Below are positions 12,438-22,054 of a stretch of 64,000 nucleotides of DNA, one piece after another. The number at the start of each line of letters is the position of its first letter. Within the stretch, counting starts at the first letter, position 1. This DNA comes from Candidatus Pacearchaeota archaeon (GTDB lineage Archaea; Nanobdellota; Nanobdellia; Pacearchaeales; JAPDKA01), in NCBI GenBank assembly GCA_038890875.1, contig JAWAFA010000001.1:170996-234995 (forward strand). The letters run 5' to 3'. A model generated the notes under the pieces. The model was not told the origin of the DNA and did not search any database. It saw only the letters and a program-made list of their open reading frames with translations. The position numbers and the translations under genes were made by a program.

Positions 12438-13142
12438 ATGGATGAAAAAGAAAAAATTTCAATTATTATTCCTGTCTACAATGAAGAAAAAACAATTGCT
12501 AAAATAATTATGAAACTAATTAAGACAAAATTTCCTATTGAAAGAGAGATAATAATTGTTAATGATGGTTCTACTGATAGTACTGAAAAAATATTGAAAG
12601 AAACCATAAGACAAATAAAAGTTCGAGAAAAAATAAGAGTTATTTCTCGTAAGAATAATAAAGGAAAAGGGCATTCTATAAAAACTGGACTAAAATATGC
12701 TACAGGTAGTATTATTGGAATTCAAGATGCAGATTTAGAATATGATCCTAATGACTACCCTGGGCTTCTTGAACCAATTTTAAAAAAACAAGCAAAAGTC
12801 GTTTATGGCGTGAGAAGATTTAATAAAGAAAATAAAAAAAATCTTTTTTACTATGGAAACAAGTTTTTATCTTTAGTTACCTCATTACTTTACTTTTCAT
12901 GGATTAGAGATATGGAAACAGGTTATAAGGTATTTAGACGAGAAGTTCTTGATGAAATAAAATTGAACTCTAATGGATTTGATTTTGAACCTGAGGTAAC
13001 TGCAAAAATTTTGAAAAAATACAAAATCAAAGAGATTCCTATAAGTTATACTCCGCGATCAAAAAAAGAAGGTAAAAAAATAAAAATTAAAGACGGTATT
13101 ATTGCCTTCTTTACTTTAATTAAGTATAGGTTTGCAAATTAA
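12438..13142 (+). CDS. GT2 polyprenol-phosphate glycosyltransferase (DPM1-like)
   Basis: IIIPVYNE, VNDGSTD, QDADLEYDP, DMETGYK. Confidence 0.9.
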   Translation: MDEKEKISIIIPVYNEEKTIAKIIMKLIKTKFPIEREIIIVNDGSTDSTEKILKETIRQIKVREKIRVISRKNNKGKGHSIKTGLKYATGSIIGIQDADLEYDPNDYPGLLEPILKKQAKVVYGVRRFNKENKKNLFYYGNKFLSLVTSLLYFSWIRDMETGYKVFRREVLDEIKLNSNGFDFEPEVTAKILKKYKIKEIPISYTPRSKKEGKKIKIKDGIIAFFTLIKYRFAN

Positions 13143-13162
13143 GTTTGCAAATTAATTTAGTT

Positions 13163-13804
13163 TTATTTAATTAAGTCAGTTATACTCTTCTTTTCCTTAT
13201 ATCCTTCTAAAACAATGTCATTTATAACTATCGATGGAGCTTGTTTTATTCCATATTTTGCTCTTAAAAATCTTGATGCAGGATTTTCTGATTCTAAGCT
13301 AAAAGCAAAAATATAAACAGGGTTTCCTTTTTTCTTTTCATTATGTTCATAAGCAATAGTATCTAAAATCCTACCTTGGTCTTCTGAAAGAGAGGCATTC
13401 TGCTTGTTGGAATAAAAAAATAAAATAATATCGAAGTTCTCATTACATTTTTTCTTTATCTCTTCTAGGAGTAAGATCAACTTTATTTCTATAATCTCAT
13501 AAATTTCTTTTATCCTTAAAACTTCTTCATTTTCTTTACCTTTTTTTCTTTCTAAGGCAGTAAGCATTATACCTAACTCAACTTTTTCTTTCCATAAATC
13601 ATCATCATTTATCTGGCATATATCATTTAAGATAGCTTCTCTAACTTCAAGACCAATAATGTTATAAAATAATTTTTCTTCAGACTTCTTGAATTCTTCT
13701 AGCCTCAAACTTGCAACATAATTTCCTAGCAAAAACCCGAAGGAAAAAAGTACAATCGCTAAAACTAATGAGAAAAAAAGTATTTTTTTATCTTCTTTAT
13801 TCAT
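13163..13804 (-). CDS. Membrane-anchored protein with C-terminal thioredoxin-like fold
   Basis: N-terminal TM; ILFFYS...YGIKQAPSIVIND. Confidence 0.6.
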   Translation of the reverse strand: MNKEDKKILFFSLVLAIVLFSFGFLLGNYVASLRLEEFKKSEEKLFYNIIGLEVREAILNDICQINDDDLWKEKVELGIMLTALERKKGKENEEVLRIKEIYEIIEIKLILLLEEIKKKCNENFDIILFFYSNKQNASLSEDQGRILDTIAYEHNEKKKGNPVYIFAFSLESENPASRFLRAKYGIKQAPSIVINDIVLEGYKEKKSITDLIK

Positions 13805-13854
13805 TAAATAATAGAAACAGATAAAAATAAAAAGCTTTCGCAGACTTATTTTTT

Positions 13855-15105
13855 ATGAAATTTCCACCAGTTCCACCTCAGATTGTCTATTTCATCTTTT
13901 TCATAGGTTTTTTCATCGCATTTTTATTTATATTTTTAATTTTAAGGAAAAAAGAAAAAATTAATTATGAAGAAATTAAGGAAGATGTGAGCTTTCTTAT
14001 TCCTGCAAAAAATGCTCAGGAAACAATAAGAAAATGCATTTATAGCGTAATTAATCAAGATTATTCTGGCAAGATAAACATTGTTGTTGTTAATGATGGC
14101 TCTACTGATAATACAGAAAAAATTGTTAGAGAAATCTCAAAAGAAATAAAAAATAAAAAAAATAGAAAAATATTTTTACTTTGTCGAGAAAGCCAAGGAA
14201 GGAAAGCTTTTGCTGTTAATTATGGGCTTAAGTTTATATTCGAAAAAATAAAAACTCCTTATATCGCGATTCTTGATGCTGATTCTTTTATACATAAAAA
14301 CGCATTGAAAGATATGCTACCAAGGTTAAAAGAAAAAACAATGTGTGTTATTTCGCCAATAAGTGTATACAATAGGAATAATTTACTTACAAAATTACAA
14401 TTAATAGAATATACTATGTCTTATTTTTTTCGAGAACTTCTAGGAAAAATAGATTCTCTATGTATTGCTCCAGCATTTTCACTCTTTAGAACAGAATTCT
14501 TTCTTAAATATGGTATATACGATACCAATGCTATCACGGAAGATTTTGAAATTGCTCTTCGCATTAAGGCTAAAGGTTATAAGATAGCTATGTCAAATTT
14601 TAAAGTTTATACTATTGTTCCTGAAAAGCTAGGTTCTTTAAGAAAACAGCGCATAAGATGGGGGTATGGAGAAATTTATAACTTTTTTAAGTATAAACAT
14701 TTATTATTTTCTGGAAAGCATGGTATGTTTGGAATTTTCTTTATGCCAATAATATTTGGTCTTGGTTTAATATTGATTATGCTTGGTTTTTTTATTATGG
14801 TTTACCTTATTATAAGCTCTTTGAACAACTTAATTCATTATATTAGTATAGGATGGATTCCTAATCTCGATTTAAAAATAAATTTATTTTCACTAAGCCT
14901 CTTTTTTGCTGATTTAAAAATTATATTAATTATTATCTCTATAATAATAAGCTCTTTCTTCTTTATTTATGCTTATAAGTATAGAAAAGAAAAAATAAAT
15001 TTTTTACATTTTTTAATCTATATGTTTGTTTATTCTTTTTTCCTTGCCTATTTAAGGTTTGAAGGTATTTTGAGGTATATTTTAAAAATTAAGACAGAGT
15101 GGTAG
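13855..15105 (+). CDS. Processive GT2 polysaccharide synthase (IcaA/PgaC/CesA-like)
   Basis: NDGSTD, DAD, TED, QRIRW (QxxRW) and C-terminal TMs. Confidence 0.85.
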   Translation: MKFPPVPPQIVYFIFFIGFFIAFLFIFLILRKKEKINYEEIKEDVSFLIPAKNAQETIRKCIYSVINQDYSGKINIVVVNDGSTDNTEKIVREISKEIKNKKNRKIFLLCRESQGRKAFAVNYGLKFIFEKIKTPYIAILDADSFIHKNALKDMLPRLKEKTMCVISPISVYNRNNLLTKLQLIEYTMSYFFRELLGKIDSLCIAPAFSLFRTEFFLKYGIYDTNAITEDFEIALRIKAKGYKIAMSNFKVYTIVPEKLGSLRKQRIRWGYGEIYNFFKYKHLLFSGKHGMFGIFFMPIIFGLGLILIMLGFFIMVYLIISSLNNLIHYISIGWIPNLDLKINLFSLSLFFADLKIILIIISIIISSFFFIYAYKYRKEKINFLHFLIYMFVYSFFLAYLRFEGILRYILKIKTEW

Positions 15106-15151
15106 TAAAAGAAATAAAAAAAATTTATAAATAAAAAATATTTCTCTTTTC

Positions 15152-15646
15152 ATGGCTTTTGTGTGTGATAGCTGTGGTCTTGAAAGGCTTGATGAAGATA
15201 AACATGCTGTTATTGATGGAACAAGAATGAAAAATGTCTGTTCAAGATGTATTGAAAAGAGCCATGTTATTTTATCTCCTCTCAAAGAAGAAGAAGTAAA
15301 TAAAAGGCTTTTGCTTGCTTATAAACCACGTCGATTTGGCGAAAAATTGAAACTGACTTTGAAGCCAAAAACTGAAGAAGATGAGTTCAGAAGAAAAATA
15401 AGGATGATGAGAATAGAACAAGGGATAACTTTAGAACAACTTTCAGTCTTAATTGGAATAAATAAACGCGATCTTGAAAGTTTTGAAAAGGGTGTTAAAG
15501 AAGATCTTTATATAAGAAAAAAACTTATAGATTTTTTCAATCTTAATAAAGAACAAAAATTTACAACTCGTGCTGTTTCCACTAATACTACTGAGATTTT
15601 AAATGAAGATTATGATATAGAAAAAGAATTTGAAAATGGAAGTTAA
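15152..15646 (+). CDS. Zn-ribbon plus HTH protein (aMBF1-like)
   Basis: CDSC...VCSRC followed by Cro-type HTH (GITLEQLS...LESFEKG). Confidence 0.7.
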   Translation: MAFVCDSCGLERLDEDKHAVIDGTRMKNVCSRCIEKSHVILSPLKEEEVNKRLLLAYKPRRFGEKLKLTLKPKTEEDEFRRKIRMMRIEQGITLEQLSVLIGINKRDLESFEKGVKEDLYIRKKLIDFFNLNKEQKFTTRAVSTNTTEILNEDYDIEKEFENGS

Positions 15647-15899
15647 AATACTTAAAGAAGATAAAAATAGTTTGGAAATAGAAATTGATAATCTAACAAT
15701 TGCTGAGATAGTAAGAAAATATCTTTGGTTAGATAAAAATGTCTCCATTGCTGGTTGGAAAAGAGAACATCCAACGAAACCAATTGTTTTGGTATTAAAA
15801 ACGAAAGGAGATGCAAAGAGATCATTATTAAATACTATAGAAAAGATTAGAAAGGAGGGTGATGATATTAAAAAAGAGATAAAAAAAATAAAATTATAG
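15636..15899 (+). CDS. rpoL: RNA polymerase subunit Rpo11 (L)
   Basis: MEVKILKE...LEIEI...AGWKREHP. Confidence 0.85.
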   Translation: MEVKILKEDKNSLEIEIDNLTIAEIVRKYLWLDKNVSIAGWKREHPTKPIVLVLKTKGDAKRSLLNTIEKIRKEGDDIKKEIKKIKL

Positions 15900-15921
15900 A
15901 TAAACAAGCGAAAAAGTAAAA

Positions 15922-16038
15922 ATGAAGCGCTCGAGTAGAAGATGGAAAAAAAAGGGGCAAATGCGCTGGAAATGGCAAAGAAAAAGGCTTAGAGAAGAAA
16001 AACGAAGAAGAAAACAAAGAAAAGAGCGAGTAGCTTAA
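15922..16038 (+). CDS. rpl41e: Ribosomal protein eL41 (eS32), 38 aa; not in ORF track
   Basis: Manual translation MKRSSRRWKKKGQMRWKWQRKRLREEKRRRKQRKERVA fits the archaeal L41e pattern. Confidence 0.85.
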   Translation: MKRSSRRWKKKGQMRWKWQRKRLREEKRRRKQRKERVA

Positions 16039-16088
16039 TAGCTTAACATCTTCACAAATCTTTTAAACAAAATAAAATTTATATTTTA

Positions 16089-16162
16089 GGGGCGGTAGCT
16101 CAGCCCGGGAGAGCACTCGGCTGAAGACCGAGGTGTCGTGAGTTCAAATCTCACCCGCCCCA
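16089..16162 (+). tRNA. tRNA-Phe(GAA)
   Basis: GGGGCGG...CCGCCCC-A; anticodon arm CTCGG-CTGAAGA-CCGAG. Confidence 0.95.
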
Positions 16163-16166
16163 TGCT

Positions 16167-16499
16167 ATGAAAGCACAAAAAAGCTTTTTTGTTATTGCTA
16201 TTGCAATACTGTTATTGCTTGCTGGATGTAAAAAAGAAACTAAGAGTGAAAGCATTGATTCTTTGGTTGAGCAATGCTTACAAGCTTGTCAGCAAGCTTT
16301 AACGAACAATATCAGTTTAGAGCATGGTCCATGCTTGCTTGACCCAATCCCATTAAGTGATTATGTTTGTGATATAGCACATTGGCCGAGACAAGCTATT
16401 GATAATTCAAGAGAAAATCAATGTAATGCATGGTACAATAAAACAGCTACTCATTTTATTGAATTAACTCCTGAATGCAAATTCATAAGAGCTCTTTGA
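16167..16499 (+). CDS. Small Cys-rich lipoprotein-like secreted protein
   Basis: Signal peptide ending in LLAGC lipobox; 6 further Cys. Confidence 0.65.
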   Translation: MKAQKSFFVIAIAILLLLAGCKKETKSESIDSLVEQCLQACQQALTNNISLEHGPCLLDPIPLSDYVCDIAHWPRQAIDNSRENQCNAWYNKTATHFIELTPECKFIRAL

Positions 16500-16539
16500 A
16501 AAACTTTAAAAATAGCCAAAACATAAAAAGTAAAAGAGG

Positions 16540-17115
16540 ATGAGAAGCAAAAAAAGCGCGTTCGAAATGTCGATAACGACGATTGTTATTCTTGTCATAG
16601 CCATGATCATGCTTATCCTCGGTATAACTCTCGTTAGGAAAATTATGTGTGGGGGGATGAATATTGCTGAAGAAACATTACAAGGAGCAAAAAGTCAGAT
16701 AACCAAATTATTTTCAGAGCAAGTAGGAGAGATAAGATGTGCTGGCAGTGCCGGATCAACAATTGTAACAATAGTTCCAGATAGACCAAATGTTGTTGGA
16801 TGTTTATATTCTCCTGATATAACTACTACATATACATTAAACATTAAAGATGCTGACTTTAAGCCTAAACTTGGAGGAGGAAGTCCTCAAAAAGTTACTG
16901 ACCTTTGGTTCGTAACAAAAACAAATACAAAAACTGTAGTTGCAGGAAGTTCTGATGTTGGGGGGGTTATAGTAAGGCCTCCGAAAGGAACTCCTGCTGG
17001 TGATTTAATTGTTACAGTCGAAATAACGAAAAGCCCGTCGCAAGGAGAAAAATATACAGATACATTAACATTTGAAGTTAAAAGCCTTGGCTTCTTGAGA
17101 GAAACTGCTTGTTAA
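16540..17115 (+). CDS. Type IV pilin-like protein (class III signal peptide)
   Basis: MRSKKSA/FEMSITTIVILVIA, beta-rich C-terminus. Confidence 0.7.
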   Translation: MRSKKSAFEMSITTIVILVIAMIMLILGITLVRKIMCGGMNIAEETLQGAKSQITKLFSEQVGEIRCAGSAGSTIVTIVPDRPNVVGCLYSPDITTTYTLNIKDADFKPKLGGGSPQKVTDLWFVTKTNTKTVVAGSSDVGGVIVRPPKGTPAGDLIVTVEITKSPSQGEKYTDTLTFEVKSLGFLRETAC

Positions 17116-17156
17116 TGCTTTGATTAAATTTTTAACTTCTTAAATTTTCTTGAATA

Positions 17157-18596
17157 ATGCTAAAGCTCTATAACACGCTCAGCAAGAGGCTTGAAGTATT
17201 TAAGCCACTTAGAGATAAAGAAGTTAGAATATATAGTTGTGGTCCGACTGTCTATGATTACCCGCATATCGGCAATTATAGAGCTTTTGTTTTTGTTGAT
17301 TTGTTAAAGCGTTATTTGCTTTGGAAAGGTTATAAAGTCAAGCATGTGATGAACATAACTGATGTTGATGATAAAATAATAAAGAAAGTAAACGAGACAG
17401 GAAAAAAATTGCAAGAAATAACAAGATTTTATGAGGGTGAGTTTAAAAAAGGGATGAAAGAGCTAAATTGCATTTCTCCTTTTTATTGTAGAGCCACAGA
17501 GAATATTTCTGAAATGATAAAACTTATCCAAAAATTATTGAACAAAAAATTTGCTTATTTGAGTGATGATGGAATTTATTATAGTATTTCAAAATTTAAA
17601 AATTATGGTAAACTTTCAGGACTAAAGTTGGAAGGATTAAAAACCGGTGCGCGTGTTGCCGTTCAAGAGTATAGTAAAGAACAAGCGAGTGATTTTGTTT
17701 TATGGAAATTTTGGCATGAGGGGGATGGAGAAATATTTTGGGAGCCAGAGTTTATCATAGATGGAAAAAAAGTAAAAATAAAAGGTAGGCCTGGATGGCA
17801 TATAGAATGCAGTGCAATGTCAATGAAAAATCTTGGAGAAAGTTTTGACATACATACTGGTGGAACTGACTTAATTTTCCCACATCATGAAAATGAGATT
17901 GCACAAAGTGAAGCTGCAACAGGCAAAATTTTTGTCAAATACTGGCTTCATAATGCTCACTTGCTTGTTGAAGGCAAGAAGATGAGTAAAAGCTTAGGTA
18001 ATTATTATACTTTAAAAGACCTCATTGATAAGGGCTATAAAGGATATGAAATAAGATATGTATTAATAAACTGCCATTATAGAGAGCAATTAAATTTTAC
18101 ACTTAAAGAACTTGATTCTGCGAGAGAAACTATAAAGAAAATTGTTGAAAATATTGATAGAATAAAAAATTTAGCGAAGAGAGATTCAAAGATTGATATT
18201 GAAAAATTTATTGAGAAACATAAAAAAAATTTTGAAAAGGAAATGGATAATGATCTAAATGTACCAAAGGCGCTTAGTGTTTTTTTTGATTTTCTTACTG
18301 AAATAAACAAAAAAATTGATATGGGGGAAATAAGCAAAAAAGATTCAGAAAAATTGATTAAAACAATTTATAATTTCGATGAAGTTTTTGGTGTTGGCTT
18401 TAGAAAAATTCATGAGGAAATAAAAAAAATAAAAATTCCAGAAGAGATAAAAAAACTTGTAAAAGAAAGAGAAAAGGCAAGAAAAGCTAAAAACTTTAAA
18501 CTTGCAGACGAAATTAGAGAAAAAATAAGAAGTAAGGGGTGGTGGGTTGATGATACAGCTTATGGACCTAAAATAAAAAAATTAAATTCAAAATGA
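17157..18596 (+). CDS. cysS: Cysteinyl-tRNA synthetase
   Basis: CGPTVY, HIGN, GRPGWHIECSAM, FPHHENE, KMSKS. Confidence 0.97.
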   Translation: MLKLYNTLSKRLEVFKPLRDKEVRIYSCGPTVYDYPHIGNYRAFVFVDLLKRYLLWKGYKVKHVMNITDVDDKIIKKVNETGKKLQEITRFYEGEFKKGMKELNCISPFYCRATENISEMIKLIQKLLNKKFAYLSDDGIYYSISKFKNYGKLSGLKLEGLKTGARVAVQEYSKEQASDFVLWKFWHEGDGEIFWEPEFIIDGKKVKIKGRPGWHIECSAMSMKNLGESFDIHTGGTDLIFPHHENEIAQSEAATGKIFVKYWLHNAHLLVEGKKMSKSLGNYYTLKDLIDKGYKGYEIRYVLINCHYREQLNFTLKELDSARETIKKIVENIDRIKNLAKRDSKIDIEKFIEKHKKNFEKEMDNDLNVPKALSVFFDFLTEINKKIDMGEISKKDSEKLIKTIYNFDEVFGVGFRKIHEEIKKIKIPEEIKKLVKEREKARKAKNFKLADEIREKIRSKGWWVDDTAYGPKIKKLNSK

Positions 18597-19267
18597 TTTG
18601 CCCGGCTTGCAAAAAAAATAGTTTAACTTTTGACATTGGAGCAATAACAGGAAAGTATGTATGCAATAACTGTGGTTATAGAGGTGTTCTTGCTTTAGAA
18701 AAAATTAAATTTAGATATTTTTTTACAAGCTCTGGCCTACTAGTGCTAGTTGGAAAAAATGCTGAGCAGAATGAAGAACTAATAAAAAAATTTACCTCGC
18801 CTAATGAAATAGTGCTGCATACAGCAACTCCTGGGAGTCCTTTTTGTGTGTTAAAAGGTGAAGCAAAAGCAAAAGATATTATGGAGGCTGCGATTTTTTG
18901 TTCTTGCTTTAGCCAAGATTGGAAACGCGGAAAGAAAATTTCTGAAGTTCACGCATTCTATGCAAGCTCAATTTATAAAGAAAAAGGAATGCCTCTTGGA
19001 ACATTTGGCGTTAAAGAAGTAATAAAAAAAATAAAAGTAAGAAATGAGCTTTATATTAATATAAAAGGTAACATTATCGATATATTCGTTTATAAAACAG
19101 GAAAAAATATTGGAAAACTCTTTCCTGGAGGAAATTTAAAGCGAGAGGACATTATTGAAAAACTAAAAAATTATGCAAAATCTAAGAACCTTAAATTAGG
19201 CAGATTAATGATGCCATTCAGTAATATAAAACTAAAATTAAAGATGAGAATTAAAAAAGAAAAATGA
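18593..19267 (+). CDS. Zn-ribbon plus NFACT-R (DUF814) RNA-binding protein
   Basis: CPAC/CNNC; FRYFFTSSG...GKNAEQNE...LHT...GSPF. Confidence 0.75.
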   Translation: MICPACKKNSLTFDIGAITGKYVCNNCGYRGVLALEKIKFRYFFTSSGLLVLVGKNAEQNEELIKKFTSPNEIVLHTATPGSPFCVLKGEAKAKDIMEAAIFCSCFSQDWKRGKKISEVHAFYASSIYKEKGMPLGTFGVKEVIKKIKVRNELYINIKGNIIDIFVYKTGKNIGKLFPGGNLKREDIIEKLKNYAKSKNLKLGRLMMPFSNIKLKLKMRIKKEK

Positions 19268-19509
19268 AATCGAAAATAGCCAAAATACAAATAGGCAAAG
19301 CAGGAATAACTCCTGGAATGCTGGAGAATATAACAAAAAGCTTTAAAACTAGGCAATTGGTTAAGATTAATATTTTAAAAGGTTATTCCAGAGATAGAAA
19401 AAAAATAAAAAGTGAAGCAGAGTTTATCTGCAGAGAGCTTGAAAGTAAAACTGGTAAAAAGTATAGGGCAAGTATCATTGGCTTTACAATAATAATAAAG
19501 AAAAAATAA
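19264..19509 (+). CDS. CRM/YhbY RNA-binding protein
   Basis: IQIGKAGIT...LVKINIL...IGFT; precedes rps19e. Confidence 0.8.
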   Translation: MKSKIAKIQIGKAGITPGMLENITKSFKTRQLVKINILKGYSRDRKKIKSEAEFICRELESKTGKKYRASIIGFTIIIKKK

Positions 19510-19515
19510 ATAAAA

Positions 19516-19956
19516 ATGGAAAAAACAAAAGTACTTGATGTTAAGTCAGATTTATTTATTAATGAATTGGCAAAAAAGCTTATGACAATAAAAGAAATAG
19601 AAATGCCTAGGTGGGCAATGTTTGTAAAAACTAGCGCCGGGGCTGAGAGACCACCAATGCAAAATGATTGGTGGTATAAAAGAGTAGCTAGTATATTAAG
19701 AAAAAGTTATTTAAAAGGAATTGTTGGCGTATCGAGGCTAAGAAGGGCTTATAAAAGAAAAAAGAAAATTAAAGTATGGCCAGCAAGACCTTATCTTGCT
19801 AGTGGAAAAATAATTAGGGTTATATTTCAAAAACTTGAAGATGCAGGTCTAATGGAAAAAGTTGAAAAACCAAAAAAAGGGCGTGTTTTAACAAAAAAAG
19901 GACTTGAGTTATTAGAAAAAACTGCTGGAGAATTAGCAAAAACAAAAGAAAAATGA
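19516..19956 (+). CDS. rps19e: Ribosomal protein eS19
   Basis: PRWAMFVKT...DWWYKRVASILRK. Confidence 0.95.
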   Translation: MEKTKVLDVKSDLFINELAKKLMTIKEIEMPRWAMFVKTSAGAERPPMQNDWWYKRVASILRKSYLKGIVGVSRLRRAYKRKKKIKVWPARPYLASGKIIRVIFQKLEDAGLMEKVEKPKKGRVLTKKGLELLEKTAGELAKTKEK

Positions 19957-20183
19957 GTCGGCAAAAAAGTTATCAATTAAAAATAAGGCTAACAAAGCTT
20001 AGTAAAAGAACACGCTGGGCTCCTATATTTTCCATTTTAAGAAGATATGGATTAGGAAAAAGAGTGCATCCAAGTGCACTAACAAGAATAAAGAGGCAAT
20101 GGCGAAGAAGAAAGATAGAAAAAAAATTAAAAAGATTTAAACCACGAAAAATAAAAAGTGGAAAAATAGAAAAGAAGTACTAA
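19953..20183 (+). CDS. rpl39e: Ribosomal protein eL39 with basic C-terminal extension
   Basis: MSRQKS...K.RL.K...P...RQWRR; sits before rpl31e. Confidence 0.75.
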   Translation: MSRQKSYQLKIRLTKLSKRTRWAPIFSILRRYGLGKRVHPSALTRIKRQWRRRKIEKKLKRFKPRKIKSGKIEKKY

Positions 20184-20188
20184 TTAAA

Positions 20189-20575
20189 ATGGAAGAGAGA
20201 ATTTACACTATAAACCTATTCAAAGGATGGAAGAAGGTACCATATTGGAAAAGGGCTAAAAAGAGTGTAAACGTCATTAGAAATTTTATAGTAAGAAATA
20301 TGCATGCTAGTGTTAATAATATTAAACTTGATACTTGGCTTAATGCAGAGCTCTGGAAGAAAAGCTCTTCAAATCCTCCCCGAAGAATTCGTGTTAAAGC
20401 TACAAAAGATGAAAAAGGAATTGTTAAGGTTGAACTTTTTGAGAAGCCGAAAAAGCTTCTTAAGTTAGAAAGAAAAAAGGCTAAAAAAGCTGAAAAGGAG
20501 AGAAAAGTTAAGGAAAAGAAAGAAGAAGAGAAAGAAGAAAAAAAGACAAAAGAAGAAAAGAAAGAAGGAGAATAA
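20189..20575 (+). CDS. rpl31e: Ribosomal protein eL31
   Basis: ERIYTINL...KRAKK...LNAELW...PPRRIRV. Confidence 0.93.
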   Translation: MEERIYTINLFKGWKKVPYWKRAKKSVNVIRNFIVRNMHASVNNIKLDTWLNAELWKKSSSNPPRRIRVKATKDEKGIVKVELFEKPKKLLKLERKKAKKAEKERKVKEKKEEEKEEKKTKEEKKEGE

Positions 20576-20582
20576 AAAAGAA

Positions 20583-21356
20583 ATGGAAAATAATGAGATT
20601 GGAGGAGTTGTTTTTATTGATAAACCTTATGGCATTACTAGTCATTACACAAGTGAGATTGTAAAAAAAATTTTAAATGCTAAAAAAGCTGGCCATACTG
20701 GAACTCTTGATCCAAAGGTTACGGGGCTTTTAATTGTTCTTGTCAATAAAGCTACAAGACTTGCTTGGCTCCTTGGGCTAGACAAAAGTTATGTTGGAAT
20801 AGGAAAATTGCATAAGGATGTAAGTTTAAAAAAACTTCGTGAAAATGCAAAGAACTTTGTTGGCAAAATAGAACAGCTTCCTCCAAGACGTTCAAGGGTT
20901 GTAAGAAAGATTAGACAAAGAGAGGTTTACGAATTCAAAATTATTGAAAAAAAAGGAAAATTTTTTCTTTTCAGAGTTAAATGCCAAGCTGGAACTTATG
21001 TAAGAAAGCTTATTCATGATTTTGGTCAGTCTATCGGCGGAGCACATATGCTAGAGCTAAGACGAATTGCTATTGGACCTTTTAAAGAAGATTTGGCAAT
21101 AACTCTCTACGAACTTCAAAAAAAGAAAGAAATTATTCCTATTGAAAAAGTATTTGTAAAATTATATCGGAAAATAAATTTGAGTAAAAAAGAAGCAAAA
21201 AGGTTTAGTAATGGTGCTCCAATCTACATAAAAAAGAAAAGAATAAAAAAATTAAATGAACAATTTATCTTAATCTTTTATAAAAAAAATATTATCGGAG
21301 TTGGAAAAATTTTTGATAATCAAATCAAACCTAAAATAGTATTGGCAAAAGTATAA
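20583..21356 (+). CDS. cbf5: Pseudouridine synthase Cbf5/TruB
   Basis: IDKP, KAGHTGTLDPKVTG, GTYVRKL, C-terminal PUA remnant. Confidence 0.92.
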   Translation: MENNEIGGVVFIDKPYGITSHYTSEIVKKILNAKKAGHTGTLDPKVTGLLIVLVNKATRLAWLLGLDKSYVGIGKLHKDVSLKKLRENAKNFVGKIEQLPPRRSRVVRKIRQREVYEFKIIEKKGKFFLFRVKCQAGTYVRKLIHDFGQSIGGAHMLELRRIAIGPFKEDLAITLYELQKKKEIIPIEKVFVKLYRKINLSKKEAKRFSNGAPIYIKKKRIKKLNEQFILIFYKKNIIGVGKIFDNQIKPKIVLAKV

Positions 21357-21382
21357 AATAAAAAAGAAAAAAAGAAATTTAA

Positions 21383-21532
21383 TTAAAATTCTTCTTCATC
21401 ATATGGGCTCTCTTCTTCATCACTCTCTTCCTCTTCTTCCTCTTCTTCCTCTTCTAAGTCAAAATCACTACTATCATCTTCTTCTTCCTCTTCGTCAAAA
21501 AGATCTTCTTCATCAAAATCTTTTTTTGCCAT
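21383..21532 (-). CDS. Hyper-acidic 49-aa peptide; not in ORF track
   Basis: MAKKDFDEEDLFDEEEEEDDSSDFDLE(10)SDEEESPYDEEEF; TTTAAA 28 nt upstream of ATG. Confidence 0.7.
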   Translation of the reverse strand: MAKKDFDEEDLFDEEEEEDDSSDFDLEEEEEEEEEESDEEESPYDEEEF

Positions 21533-21667
21533 AACTTCTGCTTATTTGATGGTTTTTAAATTTTTTGTTTTTCAAAAAGCATCTAAAATAATGAAACTTA
21601 CAAATAAAAAATAAAAAATGAATAAAAACAAAAATTGAAAAGTTTTCGATTTATTCATCTATCATAT

Positions 21668-21934
21668 CTATTCGCTTTCGTCTTCTTCAAGACTTTCTTC
21701 AGTTTCTTCAGCCTCTTCAACTTCTTCTGTTTCAGTTTTTGCCTCTTTAGTTTGCTTTTCTTCTCTTGGCTTTATTCCTCTCTCTTCAAAAAAACATTGC
21801 TTACATAACACTCGCATACCTTCTCTTGGCTTAAATGGTACTTCTCCAGGTTTGTTACATTTCGAGCAGGTTATTTTATACATTTGTCTTGGCCCAAAGT
21901 TTCGACGAAAGCCTTTTCTTCTCTCAAATGCCAT
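21668..21934 (-). CDS. CxxC-x17-CxxC zinc-finger protein with acidic tail
   Basis: RQMYKITCSKC...VPFKP...VLCKQCF. Confidence 0.85.
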   Translation of the reverse strand: MAFERRKGFRRNFGPRQMYKITCSKCNKPGEVPFKPREGMRVLCKQCFFEERGIKPREEKQTKEAKTETEEVEEAEETEESLEEDESE

Positions 21935-22054
21935 TTTTAACTTTTTTATTTATTCTTTTCTAGAATTCTTTAAGAAAGAAATCCTAAAGAATTCTTTCCT
22001 CTATATTGCAAGAGCCTTTATAAATCTATTTAAATCTGTTTACTGATTTTTATT

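Noticed and set aside
13130-13155. 13-bp tandem duplication GTTTGCAAATTAA
   Set aside because: Single local duplication at a gene end with no further copies noticed
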